From a virus (Duplodnaviria; Heunggongvirae; Uroviricota; Caudoviricetes), in IMG/VR virus record IMGVR_UViG_3300010163_000008, positions 64,001 through 116,952 of that record: 52,952 bases of DNA. The stretch is one strand, 5' to 3'. The notes under the pieces are model-generated. The model had not been told where the DNA came from, did no database searches, and saw only the letters and a program-made list of their open reading frames with translations. The position numbers and the translations under genes are program-made. Shown piece by piece: positions 20,335 through 29,699 of the stretch (its first letter is position 1; every line of letters starts with the position of its first letter).

Positions 20335-20359
20335 GTCAAAAACCACCTTTCTTTATTTA

Positions 20360-22051
20360 TTAAAGTTCATCCCATATAGACCTGTGAGCAGGTTGGGCAT
20401 TAGGATAGGGCATTTTTATTATACCGTCAGATACGGATTCAGCATTATCAAAAGCAAAAGCCTTAACTGCATTTGCCCATCCATCTATATTATCATATTC
20501 AGCAAATTTCTTTTCAAGGTCTGCCTTAGATTCGTCAGAGAGATTAATACCCTTAGATTCAATGCTTGCAAATACCTCGTGCATTTTTGCCATATTAGCG
20601 TCCTGCGCCATTTTCTGTTCAGTATCAAACTTAAACTGTTTTAAAGTCTCATAATCAGACATAGCTGCAAACTTAGCCATGTATGCCTTGTTACTAGCTT
20701 CTAGTTCAGCGTTCTGTTTCTTCAGGTCGGCACATTCAACTTCAAGTTCGCTACACTTAGCTTCAAGTTCAGACATCTTTTTACCATTGCAATTATCTAC
20801 TTCTTTATCTTTAGCGTCTTCTTTACCATCGTCAGATTTAGAATCCTCTTCACCGTTTGTAGATTCATCTTTCTTAGCGTCTTCCTTATCATCATCTGCC
20901 ATCTGTTGTGAACCGCCACAATTATCTACCTGAGTATCGGCATTATTAACCTGCGTACCACCACAGTTATCAACTTGAGTATCGGAAGCATTATCTACAA
21001 CAGTGTCTTGAGCATTATTAATTTCTGTTTCTGACATTGCAACTTGAGTATCTTTTATATCTGCCACTTGCTTTTCACCTACACTTTCTAAACAATCCCT
21101 AAAATATGTATCATAAATATCTTGACTAAACCCAAAGATTTTATAATTCTCACCATTCAGTCCTAAATCTCTATAATGTCTTACTATATGCTCTTTAATT
21201 GCACCAGTAAACATATTATCCTTTACGACTTGTGAGAACGCCATATATAAACCTTGACATTGAAGCGCTAATGCCCCATCTACAATAGCATGATGAGGAT
21301 ATTTGCAACTTAATGTAGTTGGATGTTGAATATCTGATACTAGATATGCTTCCTTAAGCAAAGCGTCCTTATTAGCCATTCTAAGTATTGGATTCAATAA
21401 ACTCCTACGTGGATTACACCATTTCTCATTTATAGAGAACTTATTAACTATACCCATGACATTTTTCTTTTGATTGTAGATATCTAAATATTTACTTCTA
21501 TCTTCAGAGAACTCCAATAATTCAGCTTTACAACCCTTAACGGCGGGATTAATCCATTCACCAAGAATAGTAATGCCTGTTATAACATAATCTACAATCT
21601 CATCACCATCTTCATGTTCAATAGTATTACAATGTAATTCAACACTTACATCTTTACTATTACCATCGCGATTAAATATGTCAATTAGTCTACCACAATA
21701 ACGTGTCCATATGAGTGCATTTATTACAAGATATGTCTTACCATTCTCATTAACAAACTCAATAGGATTACCCTCTTTAGGTACAAATCCACATGGAACC
21801 TCATCGTCCTCATGTGACATAGCATCATCCATATATGGATTATATTTCCATAATATAGGTTGATTGTAGATTGTGTCAGCACAACGCTTTAAAACTTCCT
21901 CATCTACAGGTAGGGTATGAGCATTAGAACCACTCGCAAAGGCTTTAATACGCACACGTCTAAATAAATGTTGTAGTATCTTGTTCTTATATTTAGTGTG
22001 TTCATCTTCACTAAATGCAATATCTTCAACAACATAAGTCTGATTTACCAA
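20360..22051 (-). CDS. Prohead protease/scaffold protein (SPbeta YonD position)
   Basis: N-terminal protease-like region (HEDDEVPCGF, WTRY, VSVE, TGITILG), a KYPHH domain, and an acidic/coiled-coil C-terminus. Confidence 0.7.
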   Translation of the reverse strand: MVNQTYVVEDIAFSEDEHTKYKNKILQHLFRRVRIKAFASGSNAHTLPVDEEVLKRCADTIYNQPILWKYNPYMDDAMSHEDDEVPCGFVPKEGNPIEFVNENGKTYLVINALIWTRYCGRLIDIFNRDGNSKDVSVELHCNTIEHEDGDEIVDYVITGITILGEWINPAVKGCKAELLEFSEDRSKYLDIYNQKKNVMGIVNKFSINEKWCNPRRSLLNPILRMANKDALLKEAYLVSDIQHPTTLSCKYPHHAIVDGALALQCQGLYMAFSQVVKDNMFTGAIKEHIVRHYRDLGLNGENYKIFGFSQDIYDTYFRDCLESVGEKQVADIKDTQVAMSETEINNAQDTVVDNASDTQVDNCGGTQVNNADTQVDNCGGSQQMADDDKEDAKKDESTNGEEDSKSDDGKEDAKDKEVDNCNGKKMSELEAKCSELEVECADLKKQNAELEASNKAYMAKFAAMSDYETLKQFKFDTEQKMAQDANMAKMHEVFASIESKGINLSDESKADLEKKFAEYDNIDGWANAVKAFAFDNAESVSDGIIKMPYPNAQPAHRSIWDEL

Positions 22052-22239
22052 TCTACTTCACCCCCTTCAATATTATGGCTTTTACAAAACGTTACAAGTT
22101 CTGGTGTACGTAGATAAATACACTTACCATGCTCACGAGCTATATAAGTAAATCCATTTCTTTGTAGAATAGCAGAATCAAATACATCGAATGCTAAAAA
22201 TTGTTCATGTTTAAAATCGCTTATATTATGTATGAACAT
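22045..22239 (-). CDS. Hypothetical 64-aa protein
   Basis: RBS AAGGGTGTGA. Confidence 0.5.
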   Translation of the reverse strand: MFIHNISDFKHEQFLAFDVFDSAILQRNGFTYIAREHGKCIYLRTPELVTFCKSHNIEGGEVDW

Positions 22240-22251
22240 AAAATCACACCC

Positions 22252-22449
22252 TTAACCTTTAAGGGCATTTAAGACAACATTACGAGTATTGCTATCTAGT
22301 TCATCAAGATTAATCCAATCAAGGCTACTGGTATATCCACCACCGCGAAGGAGCTTGTCAAGCAGTGTGCCTAGTTGCACTTGCTGTGCAGGAACGTTCA
22401 TATTATTTAAGTCCTTAATCTGTTTTGCAGTTAAAGCCATCATTCTCAC
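22252..22449 (-). CDS. Hypothetical 65-aa protein
   Basis: RBS GGAGGTGA; true start probably ATG at 22443 or 22440. Confidence 0.5.
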   Translation of the reverse strand: MRMMALTAKQIKDLNNMNVPAQQVQLGTLLDKLLRGGGYTSSLDWINLDELDSNTRNVVLNALKG

Positions 22450-22459
22450 CTCCGCAATA

Positions 22460-22972
22460 TCATAAAGATATATACTTGTCTATATTCGCATCCATCAATG
22501 CTATGCCTATAGTGTTAGAACCATAGTTTTCAGATAAATCTATAAGTAATTGAGCAATATCTACGTAATCAACTAAGGTGTTAATTATACTATTTACAAA
22601 CTTTTTAGTAGTATAATCTCCTTCCTCTTTAGACGCTTCATATACATCATACAAGGTATCTTGAAAAAGTAGCATTTCCCTCAATACATCATTAAAGAAG
22701 TCTATAGGTTTGTCATATTCTTTATCCCCTATAGGCGTTGCTGGATAAATAGTTTCGCACGAACGTTTAGCTTGATAAGCACCTATCTTATCAGCAAAAT
22801 CAGCACCTAAGAAGGCATGAGCTAACTTCTCATGCAAAATAGCTTCTGTATTTACCATCTTCCATCTAACGGCAAGGAGTGACATTCCTCTATCTAACAT
22901 ACGATTCATGGCAAAACATTTACCGACTAGCTCATTTAGTCTATCGTTAAGTTCTTTACTGATTAATTCCAT
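22460..22972 (-). CDS. Ferritin-like four-helix-bundle protein
   Basis: Pattern E..L.H....A.KI..Y, PIDFF...L..M..FQ..L..V.E.S.EEGDYTT..F resembles ferritin/Dps-like folds (by eye). Confidence 0.5.
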   Translation of the reverse strand: MELISKELNDRLNELVGKCFAMNRMLDRGMSLLAVRWKMVNTEAILHEKLAHAFLGADFADKIGAYQAKRSCETIYPATPIGDKEYDKPIDFFNDVLREMLLFQDTLYDVYEASKEEGDYTTKKFVNSIINTLVDYVDIAQLLIDLSENYGSNTIGIALMDANIDKYISL

Positions 22973-22985
22973 TTTATCTCACCCC

Positions 22986-24641
22986 TTACAACTCTTTTAA
23001 TCCATTAGAATCACGTTCATAAGAAGCAACGGTATTTTCATTATCACTATTTTCTTTGCGTGGTCTACCAACTCTGCCTGTATGTAATGTACTATTACTC
23101 GTATTACCATAACTAGTAACACCTGTTGTAGTATCTTCCGGTGCAAAATGCAGTTGTGGTATAAGTACATCAGAAATAAGTTTATCAAACCCCATAGCTT
23201 TACTATTCTGTAATCTACGTTTCAATTGAAAAACATTCATGTCAAAAACACGAGCTACTTCTTGAAAGTCTACAACTCCCACTTGAGCTAATTCTTTAAC
23301 AGTAGCTTTTCTATATTCCTTATCGTCAGGCAAATCTACATCATGAAAGTCGAACTTGAATTTATATTTAGTTGTCCTCATATTAATATAGTATTCAATA
23401 AAGTTTGCAAACATAGGGTACATAGTTTTCACTATGTTAGAGTCTACAGCAACAGCAAGTTTTGATTCATGAACACTAAGTTTATCTTGATGAAACAATG
23501 CAGAAGATGATGATATAGACTGCTTCGCTACAGTCTGCGTCTGTTCTGTTTCAAGATTCTGATTGTCTGTATCAAATTCAACTTGTTCAATTTTATCTAC
23601 AGGTAAAGCAGTTAATCCGATTTGCTTATTTAATCCTTGACGTGCTACACCTAAGAACTTACCTAGCACCTCTGGTGTGATATTAACTTGGTTAGCAACC
23701 TGACCACTCTTGGTTTCTTTATTAAACCCTAAAATACCTACAAGCATTTTACTAGCTTGAATAAAATACTTATCTTCTTGTAAAGCACGTACTGTAGGTG
23801 TTAATGCAATATCAGGAAATAATGGTGAAAAGTATGGTATTAATGTAGCAATCTCAGGAGAAGTCTTAAAGCACCAGAATCCATCTGCTGGACTGCATTG
23901 ATGCCAATACACATATGAACTGTGACGTTTATTTACTTTAGCATCTACTTTATACTCATTATTGTTTTGTTTGTAGACATCTCGATACATCTTTCTAAAC
24001 ACTTTAGGGAACATATTGATATCAATACCGCTTTGTCCCATAAAGTAATACATATCGAAATCAAATAGTACACCATATGAATGTCTACCAGTAATTTGAC
24101 AATATTGTGCTGGTAATTCTTGCAACGTGTATTTAATACCATCATCCCTCAAGACACAATAAAATACGCCTTGACGTAAAATTTGACGCAATACAAGTTG
24201 AAATTCCTCTTTACAATTAAACCTATTCAAAAAATCATCTACAACTTGCAAGTCTTTCTTGTATTCTTTAGAATTATACTCACTATCTTTTTCAACATTT
24301 ACACAATCGAACGTAATATTAAAACATGGCATATCAGAAAGATATCTAAGCAGACGCTTATAATACATATTATTCAACTCTAAAGCTATAGAGTATTCCC
24401 GTATTATTTGTTCACTTGCTTTGGGATTCTTTAATGCCTGTATTATACCATCAACAGTAACTTCTTGTGGGTTCATGTTAAGGTTCTGCATTTGTTGATT
24501 TACTAACTGAGGTGTAACAAATGCGTTTGTTCCATTGTAGACGGTATTCATATAAGACTGAGAAAATTCGAGAAAGTTAAATGCGTTGAGCACTTGATTC
24601 ACTTCTTCTTCTGAGAGTTTTTCCTTTTTTTCTTCATCCAC
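22986..24641 (-). CDS. Portal protein
   Basis: 551 aa directly after the terminase; ILRQGVFY, QELP..YC.I.G, basic C-terminal GRVGRPRK. Confidence 0.8.
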   Translation of the reverse strand: MDEEKKEKLSEEEVNQVLNAFNFLEFSQSYMNTVYNGTNAFVTPQLVNQQMQNLNMNPQEVTVDGIIQALKNPKASEQIIREYSIALELNNMYYKRLLRYLSDMPCFNITFDCVNVEKDSEYNSKEYKKDLQVVDDFLNRFNCKEEFQLVLRQILRQGVFYCVLRDDGIKYTLQELPAQYCQITGRHSYGVLFDFDMYYFMGQSGIDINMFPKVFRKMYRDVYKQNNNEYKVDAKVNKRHSSYVYWHQCSPADGFWCFKTSPEIATLIPYFSPLFPDIALTPTVRALQEDKYFIQASKMLVGILGFNKETKSGQVANQVNITPEVLGKFLGVARQGLNKQIGLTALPVDKIEQVEFDTDNQNLETEQTQTVAKQSISSSSALFHQDKLSVHESKLAVAVDSNIVKTMYPMFANFIEYYINMRTTKYKFKFDFHDVDLPDDKEYRKATVKELAQVGVVDFQEVARVFDMNVFQLKRRLQNSKAMGFDKLISDVLIPQLHFAPEDTTTGVTSYGNTSNSTLHTGRVGRPRKENSDNENTVASYERDSNGLKEL

Positions 24642-24678
24642 TAACTATTCGCCCTCCTTTCCCTAATATTTATTAGTG

Positions 24679-26469
24679 TTAAGCCCACTGAATCCAATCA
24701 AGCAAAGAAGAATTATCTTGTCTATTCAATTCATCTTCTAACACTTTGGCATAATATAAACCATAAACTAAAGCCATAACACGGTCTTTTCTCCGATTAG
24801 ACTTCTCTTTTAATTTGATATATCCACCTTGAGCATATTGTTCAAGATTAATAGCTTCATTTATAAACACTTTAGTCTGAGCATAAGGATTAAGCAGCCT
24901 AGCCTTATCTTCCTGACTATCTATCTTATAATATTGATAATGTTCCTCTAAATATTCTATACCGATATCAGTATCTACAAGTAAAGACACATCACGTTTA
25001 TCAAATATATTCTTAGCATTAATAATCATATTATATAAAAGCTCTGGTGGAGTTTTAACAGAATAGATAACCGGAACAGCATTACTTGATACTTGCAATG
25101 CACGATTTACCATCTTAACATCTTCTAAGTTGTTCACCATCCATGCAGGATAAGTAACACCACGAGCATCGTCGTATGTCTCTGTAGTTGCCACATCATA
25201 TACACCAGCACCCACGCCTTGTGTATCTATGGCACACCAGTCACAATCAAACTCATAGAATAACTGTTTAATACGTCTATTCTGAACCATGGCATTAATA
25301 CCATGTAAGCTTTCACCGTAAGCTACAATCTTCTTATATTTGCCACCATCAGGAATAAGCCTAATAATCCATATAGCAGTATTATCGTTCTGATTAGATT
25401 CAATTAATGCAATATCTACTGCCATAAGACGTACTTCATTAGGCAACTTCTCTTGATAAAATTTCCATTTCTCTCTACAATTCTTATACTCATTATATTC
25501 AAAGTCTGACATTGCAAATAGAGCCTTTGCATTATCTTGACATTTGGCTAGTGTAGCATACTTAAAGAAACCATTAGCAGTACCACGCTCTGGAATGCAC
25601 ATATACTCTGCCATCAACATATCAACATTCTCTGTATTGCTCTTGAATTGTTGTTCAATGATATCAGCGTTAATATACTTATTCTTGATACCCCATTCAT
25701 AAGGGGATATATGTACACAATAACGCATGTCCCCCTCTGACATATACTTTAAGTATGATTCAAGCTCTTTATAAGACCATTCATCAGCACCACGAATAGA
25801 CGATAAGTAAAGCTGTTTATTAGCCTCTATAGGTAATTCTTCCTGTTCTTTAGCAGACAATTCTTGATACATAGGTTGTCTTAAAGCAGTCAAAAATGGT
25901 ACAAATACACGATTAATGACCTCTTTATCAGTACGCACAAATTCATCTACAATAAGAATGTGACAACGTATACCTAGTGCGTTCTCACTGTATGGCACTG
26001 CAAATATTTTAGAAGTGTTGTGGAACTCAATAGATGAATTTTGGTCACTTAAGTGAACATCTTTTATTTCCGCTTTTAAGTTAGGTGAATCGCGCATAAA
26101 CTCTTTAACTTTAGCAAGGAAACGCTTAGATTGCTCTTTGGTAGGAGCAACTATAACTATCTGCGTTCCCGGATATAAATTAGCACGTTCTAACGCAAAC
26201 AACAGACTTATTGTAGATTTAGCAGAACCACGGCTACCAACAAATATTATAGCATTAAAATAATTCATTTCATATATTAATATATTCTGAAAATCATGCA
26301 ATCTCAAACCATAATAGTCAGTAATCAATCTATGCGGATTAGCTCTAAAAAAATCAATCCATTCTAATAGATTCTCTTGATATGTAGCACTAGCGTCTTT
26401 CTGTTTTTTGCGTTTAATGACGAGTTTATTGTCCTGATTGTCCATCACCATTTTCACCGCCATTCGCAA
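24679..26469 (-). CDS. Terminase large subunit
   Basis: Walker A GSRGSAKS, Walker B ILIVDEF, nuclease acidic residues AVDIA, IDTQGVG and KDRVMA. Confidence 0.9.
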   Translation of the reverse strand: MRMAVKMVMDNQDNKLVIKRKKQKDASATYQENLLEWIDFFRANPHRLITDYYGLRLHDFQNILIYEMNYFNAIIFVGSRGSAKSTISLLFALERANLYPGTQIVIVAPTKEQSKRFLAKVKEFMRDSPNLKAEIKDVHLSDQNSSIEFHNTSKIFAVPYSENALGIRCHILIVDEFVRTDKEVINRVFVPFLTALRQPMYQELSAKEQEELPIEANKQLYLSSIRGADEWSYKELESYLKYMSEGDMRYCVHISPYEWGIKNKYINADIIEQQFKSNTENVDMLMAEYMCIPERGTANGFFKYATLAKCQDNAKALFAMSDFEYNEYKNCREKWKFYQEKLPNEVRLMAVDIALIESNQNDNTAIWIIRLIPDGGKYKKIVAYGESLHGINAMVQNRRIKQLFYEFDCDWCAIDTQGVGAGVYDVATTETYDDARGVTYPAWMVNNLEDVKMVNRALQVSSNAVPVIYSVKTPPELLYNMIINAKNIFDKRDVSLLVDTDIGIEYLEEHYQYYKIDSQEDKARLLNPYAQTKVFINEAINLEQYAQGGYIKLKEKSNRRKDRVMALVYGLYYAKVLEDELNRQDNSSLLDWIQWA

Positions 26470-27562
26470 GCTTATCAGCCATTAACTGCGCGTTTCTATC
26501 AGCCACTAAATCTTTAACCACATCTACTTGATATTTGGACATCCACTTATCATAGAATCGGGTATACTCATTCTCTATACCTTGTGCTTTAAAGAAGCAA
26601 CCAGCTGAACCATAAATGTAATTTCTTATTCCATCTACATCATCAAATATATTTTTACCAGACGTAGCAGGTCGCATAAATTCAATATCAGCTATCTCCA
26701 TACCCAATGATTTATGCCTATTGGCAGCCTTGTCCTGTTTTTCAATAAGACCAGAGTTATTTAATAGCTCTGTTAATGTTTTGATTTTCTTATCTACAGG
26801 AGTACCATTTTGTCTATCTTTGAAGATATCCAATTCTTGATAACAAATTTGTTTAACAAGTATATCTAATGTTTTATCATTAATACCGCCTAATTTCTCG
26901 TCCCAATCAAGCCATTCACTTTCAAGATAAGCAAGTTCCCAGTTCTCAAAAGTCGCACCCCATTTAGTTTGTAGAACAGCGGTATCATATTCAATAATCT
27001 CATAATCCTCGGAGGCTTCGCCACCAACCCTAAGATTGTTCATCTTATCTCTTTTGATTTTAGTAATAGTATCATATGAGCTTAACTTTTCAATATTGTG
27101 CTCACCTTGACTATCGTCAAAGCAAGTACCCCAACCATTAGCCTTTGAAAAACTAAGTCCCTTCATGTACGCTCCCATGATATTAGTTTTATCAAGTGTA
27201 TGTGAATTGGGGTTTTCTATTTCATTAATCGCCCCTAAATAATTAGCATGAATATATGGTATATCTGCTTTTCGACAGGTATAATACACTGCCAAATTTT
27301 GGTCGCCATATTGTTTTAAATAATTATCATATATTTCTCTAATACATCTTTTACAATACACTATCTTTTTTGTGAATTCATGACTGCTGTCATTACTCAC
27401 ATAAAAATCAGATAATGAGCTAGTACCACACTTAATACAACGTACTCTATACGATTCTCTAGCATTACGTTCTCTTTCTTCTTCTGCCTGTCTGTCAATA
27501 ACCTTTTTGGGTTTAGTTTCTACAATTATTTTATCTTTACGTGGTCTACCTCTTGTTGCCAT
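26426..27562 (-). CDS. Terminase small subunit-like protein with Zn finger
   Basis: AT-hook-like RGRPRK, CIKCG/CKRC; immediately upstream of TerL. Confidence 0.55.
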   Translation of the reverse strand: MATRGRPRKDKIIVETKPKKVIDRQAEEERERNARESYRVRCIKCGTSSLSDFYVSNDSSHEFTKKIVYCKRCIREIYDNYLKQYGDQNLAVYYTCRKADIPYIHANYLGAINEIENPNSHTLDKTNIMGAYMKGLSFSKANGWGTCFDDSQGEHNIEKLSSYDTITKIKRDKMNNLRVGGEASEDYEIIEYDTAVLQTKWGATFENWELAYLESEWLDWDEKLGGINDKTLDILVKQICYQELDIFKDRQNGTPVDKKIKTLTELLNNSGLIEKQDKAANRHKSLGMEIADIEFMRPATSGKNIFDDVDGIRNYIYGSAGCFFKAQGIENEYTRFYDKWMSKYQVDVVKDLVADRNAQLMADKLANGGENGDGQSGQ

Positions 27563-27586
27563 GTGTAACCACTCTCCATAATCCCT

Positions 27587-28795
27587 TTAGTTCAATATAT
27601 AGGTGCGTTCAAATGTTTTTTGATTATCTTCAAATAATAAGAACTTAGCACCTGCTCTGGACATCTTTCTAATCTTTTTACTATATAAATCTACACCCAC
27701 AAGACTAGGTACTTTTATAACTTCCTTATCCCCTGTAGAACTATATCCTACACTACTTTGCTCGTGATGATGTAAATGCCCTTCAATTAATATATCAATA
27801 GAAATGTTGTGATAGTTTTCCCAGAAGTTGATTTCGGCTTCATCCTTCTTAGAATCTTCACCATGATACGCTAATACATGAACTCCTTCAATCTCTGCGT
27901 ATGCAGTTTCAGTGAAGGGAGCAACTGTTATATGTGAATTACTTTGTAACCTTAAGTTCACGAACTCCCTAATAATCATACCTAAGTTTTCATTAGGGAA
28001 GTTCTTCTTGGCTTCTAATAATCTTAATTCTGCATGATTACCACCTAAACAATAATACTCAACATTAACTTTTAGGCGTTCGCTAAGTTCTACAAGCCAA
28101 TAGCTAATAGTGTTGGCGTAGTCCATTACGGATTCAAGTACTCCCATCTTAAGTTTAGCTATATCAGACATACGCAGTATATTTTGAATAGCATCGCCTA
28201 AATCAAATACAATTAACTTGTCATAACTAAAATATCTTTCTGCGTCTACAACAACCATATTAAGCAATTTATCTAAACGCTCTTTTAATATTTCGGGACT
28301 ATAAACATTAATAGCTTCACCATTCATCGTGGTCAAATTAATATTCATACCATTATGAGCGTCGGCTATACAAAGCAATCCTGTACTGCGTCCTTTAGTT
28401 TTAAATTGTCCTTTAGTAAATTCGATAGGTGGCAGGTCTTTCACTATATCACATAAATGTTCATATAACAATTCTTTACGTGCATTTTCGCGCAACCATT
28501 TGTTCGTCTCTAATCGTTCTGTTTGAGCTTGCTTTTTAAGTATTTCAGCTTTTAATCTAACTTCTTCTAATCTACTTGCTCTATCAGCACTGGTATGTAG
28601 ATTAATAGCGTCTTGATAACCTTCAATGTAAGCTTTATACCATTTCCTATAAGAGCTTTCATCTTTTCTACAACCACTTGCATCATTAATAAGTTTAGCT
28701 ATGTCATTGTTAGATAACTGAAACACATCTTTATTCGTAAAAAGTCGAATTGTATACTCCTTTATACTCTCGTTGTCTTTCTTTAACAAATCCAT
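27587..28795 (-). CDS. Calcineurin-like metallophosphoesterase (SPbeta YonJ position)
   Basis: IADAHNG, DLGD, GGNH, YHG and GHLHH motifs; start revised to ATG 28795 (RBS AAAGGAG). Confidence 0.85.
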   Translation of the reverse strand: MDLLKKDNESIKEYTIRLFTNKDVFQLSNNDIAKLINDASGCRKDESSYRKWYKAYIEGYQDAINLHTSADRASRLEEVRLKAEILKKQAQTERLETNKWLRENARKELLYEHLCDIVKDLPPIEFTKGQFKTKGRSTGLLCIADAHNGMNINLTTMNGEAINVYSPEILKERLDKLLNMVVVDAERYFSYDKLIVFDLGDAIQNILRMSDIAKLKMGVLESVMDYANTISYWLVELSERLKVNVEYYCLGGNHAELRLLEAKKNFPNENLGMIIREFVNLRLQSNSHITVAPFTETAYAEIEGVHVLAYHGEDSKKDEAEINFWENYHNISIDILIEGHLHHHEQSSVGYSSTGDKEVIKVPSLVGVDLYSKKIRKMSRAGAKFLLFEDNQKTFERTYILN

Positions 28796-28832
28796 TTTTA
28801 AACTCCTTTGTCTCCTTTTATTCCATTCCCTA

Positions 28833-29183
28833 TTACAAAATAATGTGATAATCTTCTGGTATGTCGTGCGCCTGTAAGTTAATATGCTTCTCCAAATCTT
28901 CATGAGCCTTGGTTACATTGCCATTAGCACCCAATTGTTTCAGTCCATCAAGACAAGCTAATAAACTATATACGATTACAGCGTTTTCTTTTTCAAGGTT
29001 ATATAATCTTAAATTAATTTTCTCGTCTTGTGTTTCTGATTCAATTTTTAATGCTTCATACTCTTTTTTATGCTCTTTATTATATACATCACGCATCATA
29101 ATCCATTTAGACGCTGCAAATAAAAGGCTTCCAATAGTAGCAATCCCAACTACTATTGAGATTACCGTTGCCAATAGTTCCAT
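28833..29183 (-). CDS. Holin-like membrane protein (N-terminal TM plus coiled coil)
   Basis: LATVISIVVGIATIGSLLF hydrophobic helix; RBS GGAGGGA. Confidence 0.55.
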   Translation of the reverse strand: MELLATVISIVVGIATIGSLLFAASKWIMMRDVYNKEHKKEYEALKIESETQDEKINLRLYNLEKENAVIVYSLLACLDGLKQLGANGNVTKAHEDLEKHINLQAHDIPEDYHIIL

Positions 29184-29269
29184 TACAATTCCCTCCAACG
29201 TATTGTGATATTATTTAGATAATGCAAGAAACTATAGCAATACCTTGTATTAGAGTGTGGTTCTATATG

Positions 29270-29300
29270 AAAAAAGAGCAGGGGTTATTCCCCTACTCTT
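29270..29300 (-). terminator. Rho-independent terminator ending the Ro60 operon
   Basis: AAGAGTAGGGG-AATAA-CCCCTGCTCTT-TTTT. Confidence 0.8.
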
Positions 29301-29362
29301 ATTCATTCGGTTAGTGAATATATCTGTGTTATGATAATAGAAAGGAAGGATAGAATAAAAAG

Positions 29363-29539
29363 TTATCTACCTTCACTTGCTACTGCGTACTTCATTCCGG
29401 TCGTGTCATAGTCATAGTAATCTTTATAATCGTCAGAAAGTTCGTCATATTTTAGTAGATAAAACGAATTTTTCACACTACGTCCTACAGAGCTTGTACG
29501 CCTTTTAGCAGTAAGACGACTGTAGTCAATTTTTGGCAT
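29363..29539 (-). CDS. Hypothetical 58-aa protein
   Basis: MPKIDYSRL...; RBS GAGGA; absent from the track. Confidence 0.5.
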   Translation of the reverse strand: MPKIDYSRLTAKRRTSSVGRSVKNSFYLLKYDELSDDYKDYYDYDTTGMKYAVASEGR

Positions 29540-29699
29540 TTTCTTCCTCTTCTACATCTGTAAATATTTTACTATTTGCATAATAAGAAGGAGGACTAGA
29601 AAAATTTTCTACCTTTTCTTCTGACAACATTGGGACATGAGATTTACGCTTTCTTGTTCTACCCTTCATACGCACAAACTGATAATCCGTAATCTTCAT
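29526..29699 (-). CDS. Hypothetical 57-aa protein
   Basis: ATG overlaps the TROVE stop (TGATG); MKITDYQFVRMKGRTRKRK... Confidence 0.45.
   Translation of the reverse strand: MKITDYQFVRMKGRTRKRKSHVPMLSEEKVENFSSPPSYYANSKIFTDVEEEENAKN

Noticed and set aside
29526-29699. Possible further Y-like RNA directly after TROVE (contains a CCTCCTTC stretch)
   Set aside because: Lacks the GAAGCAG/TACTTC/TTCTC motifs and is explained by a translationally coupled 57-aa ORF.
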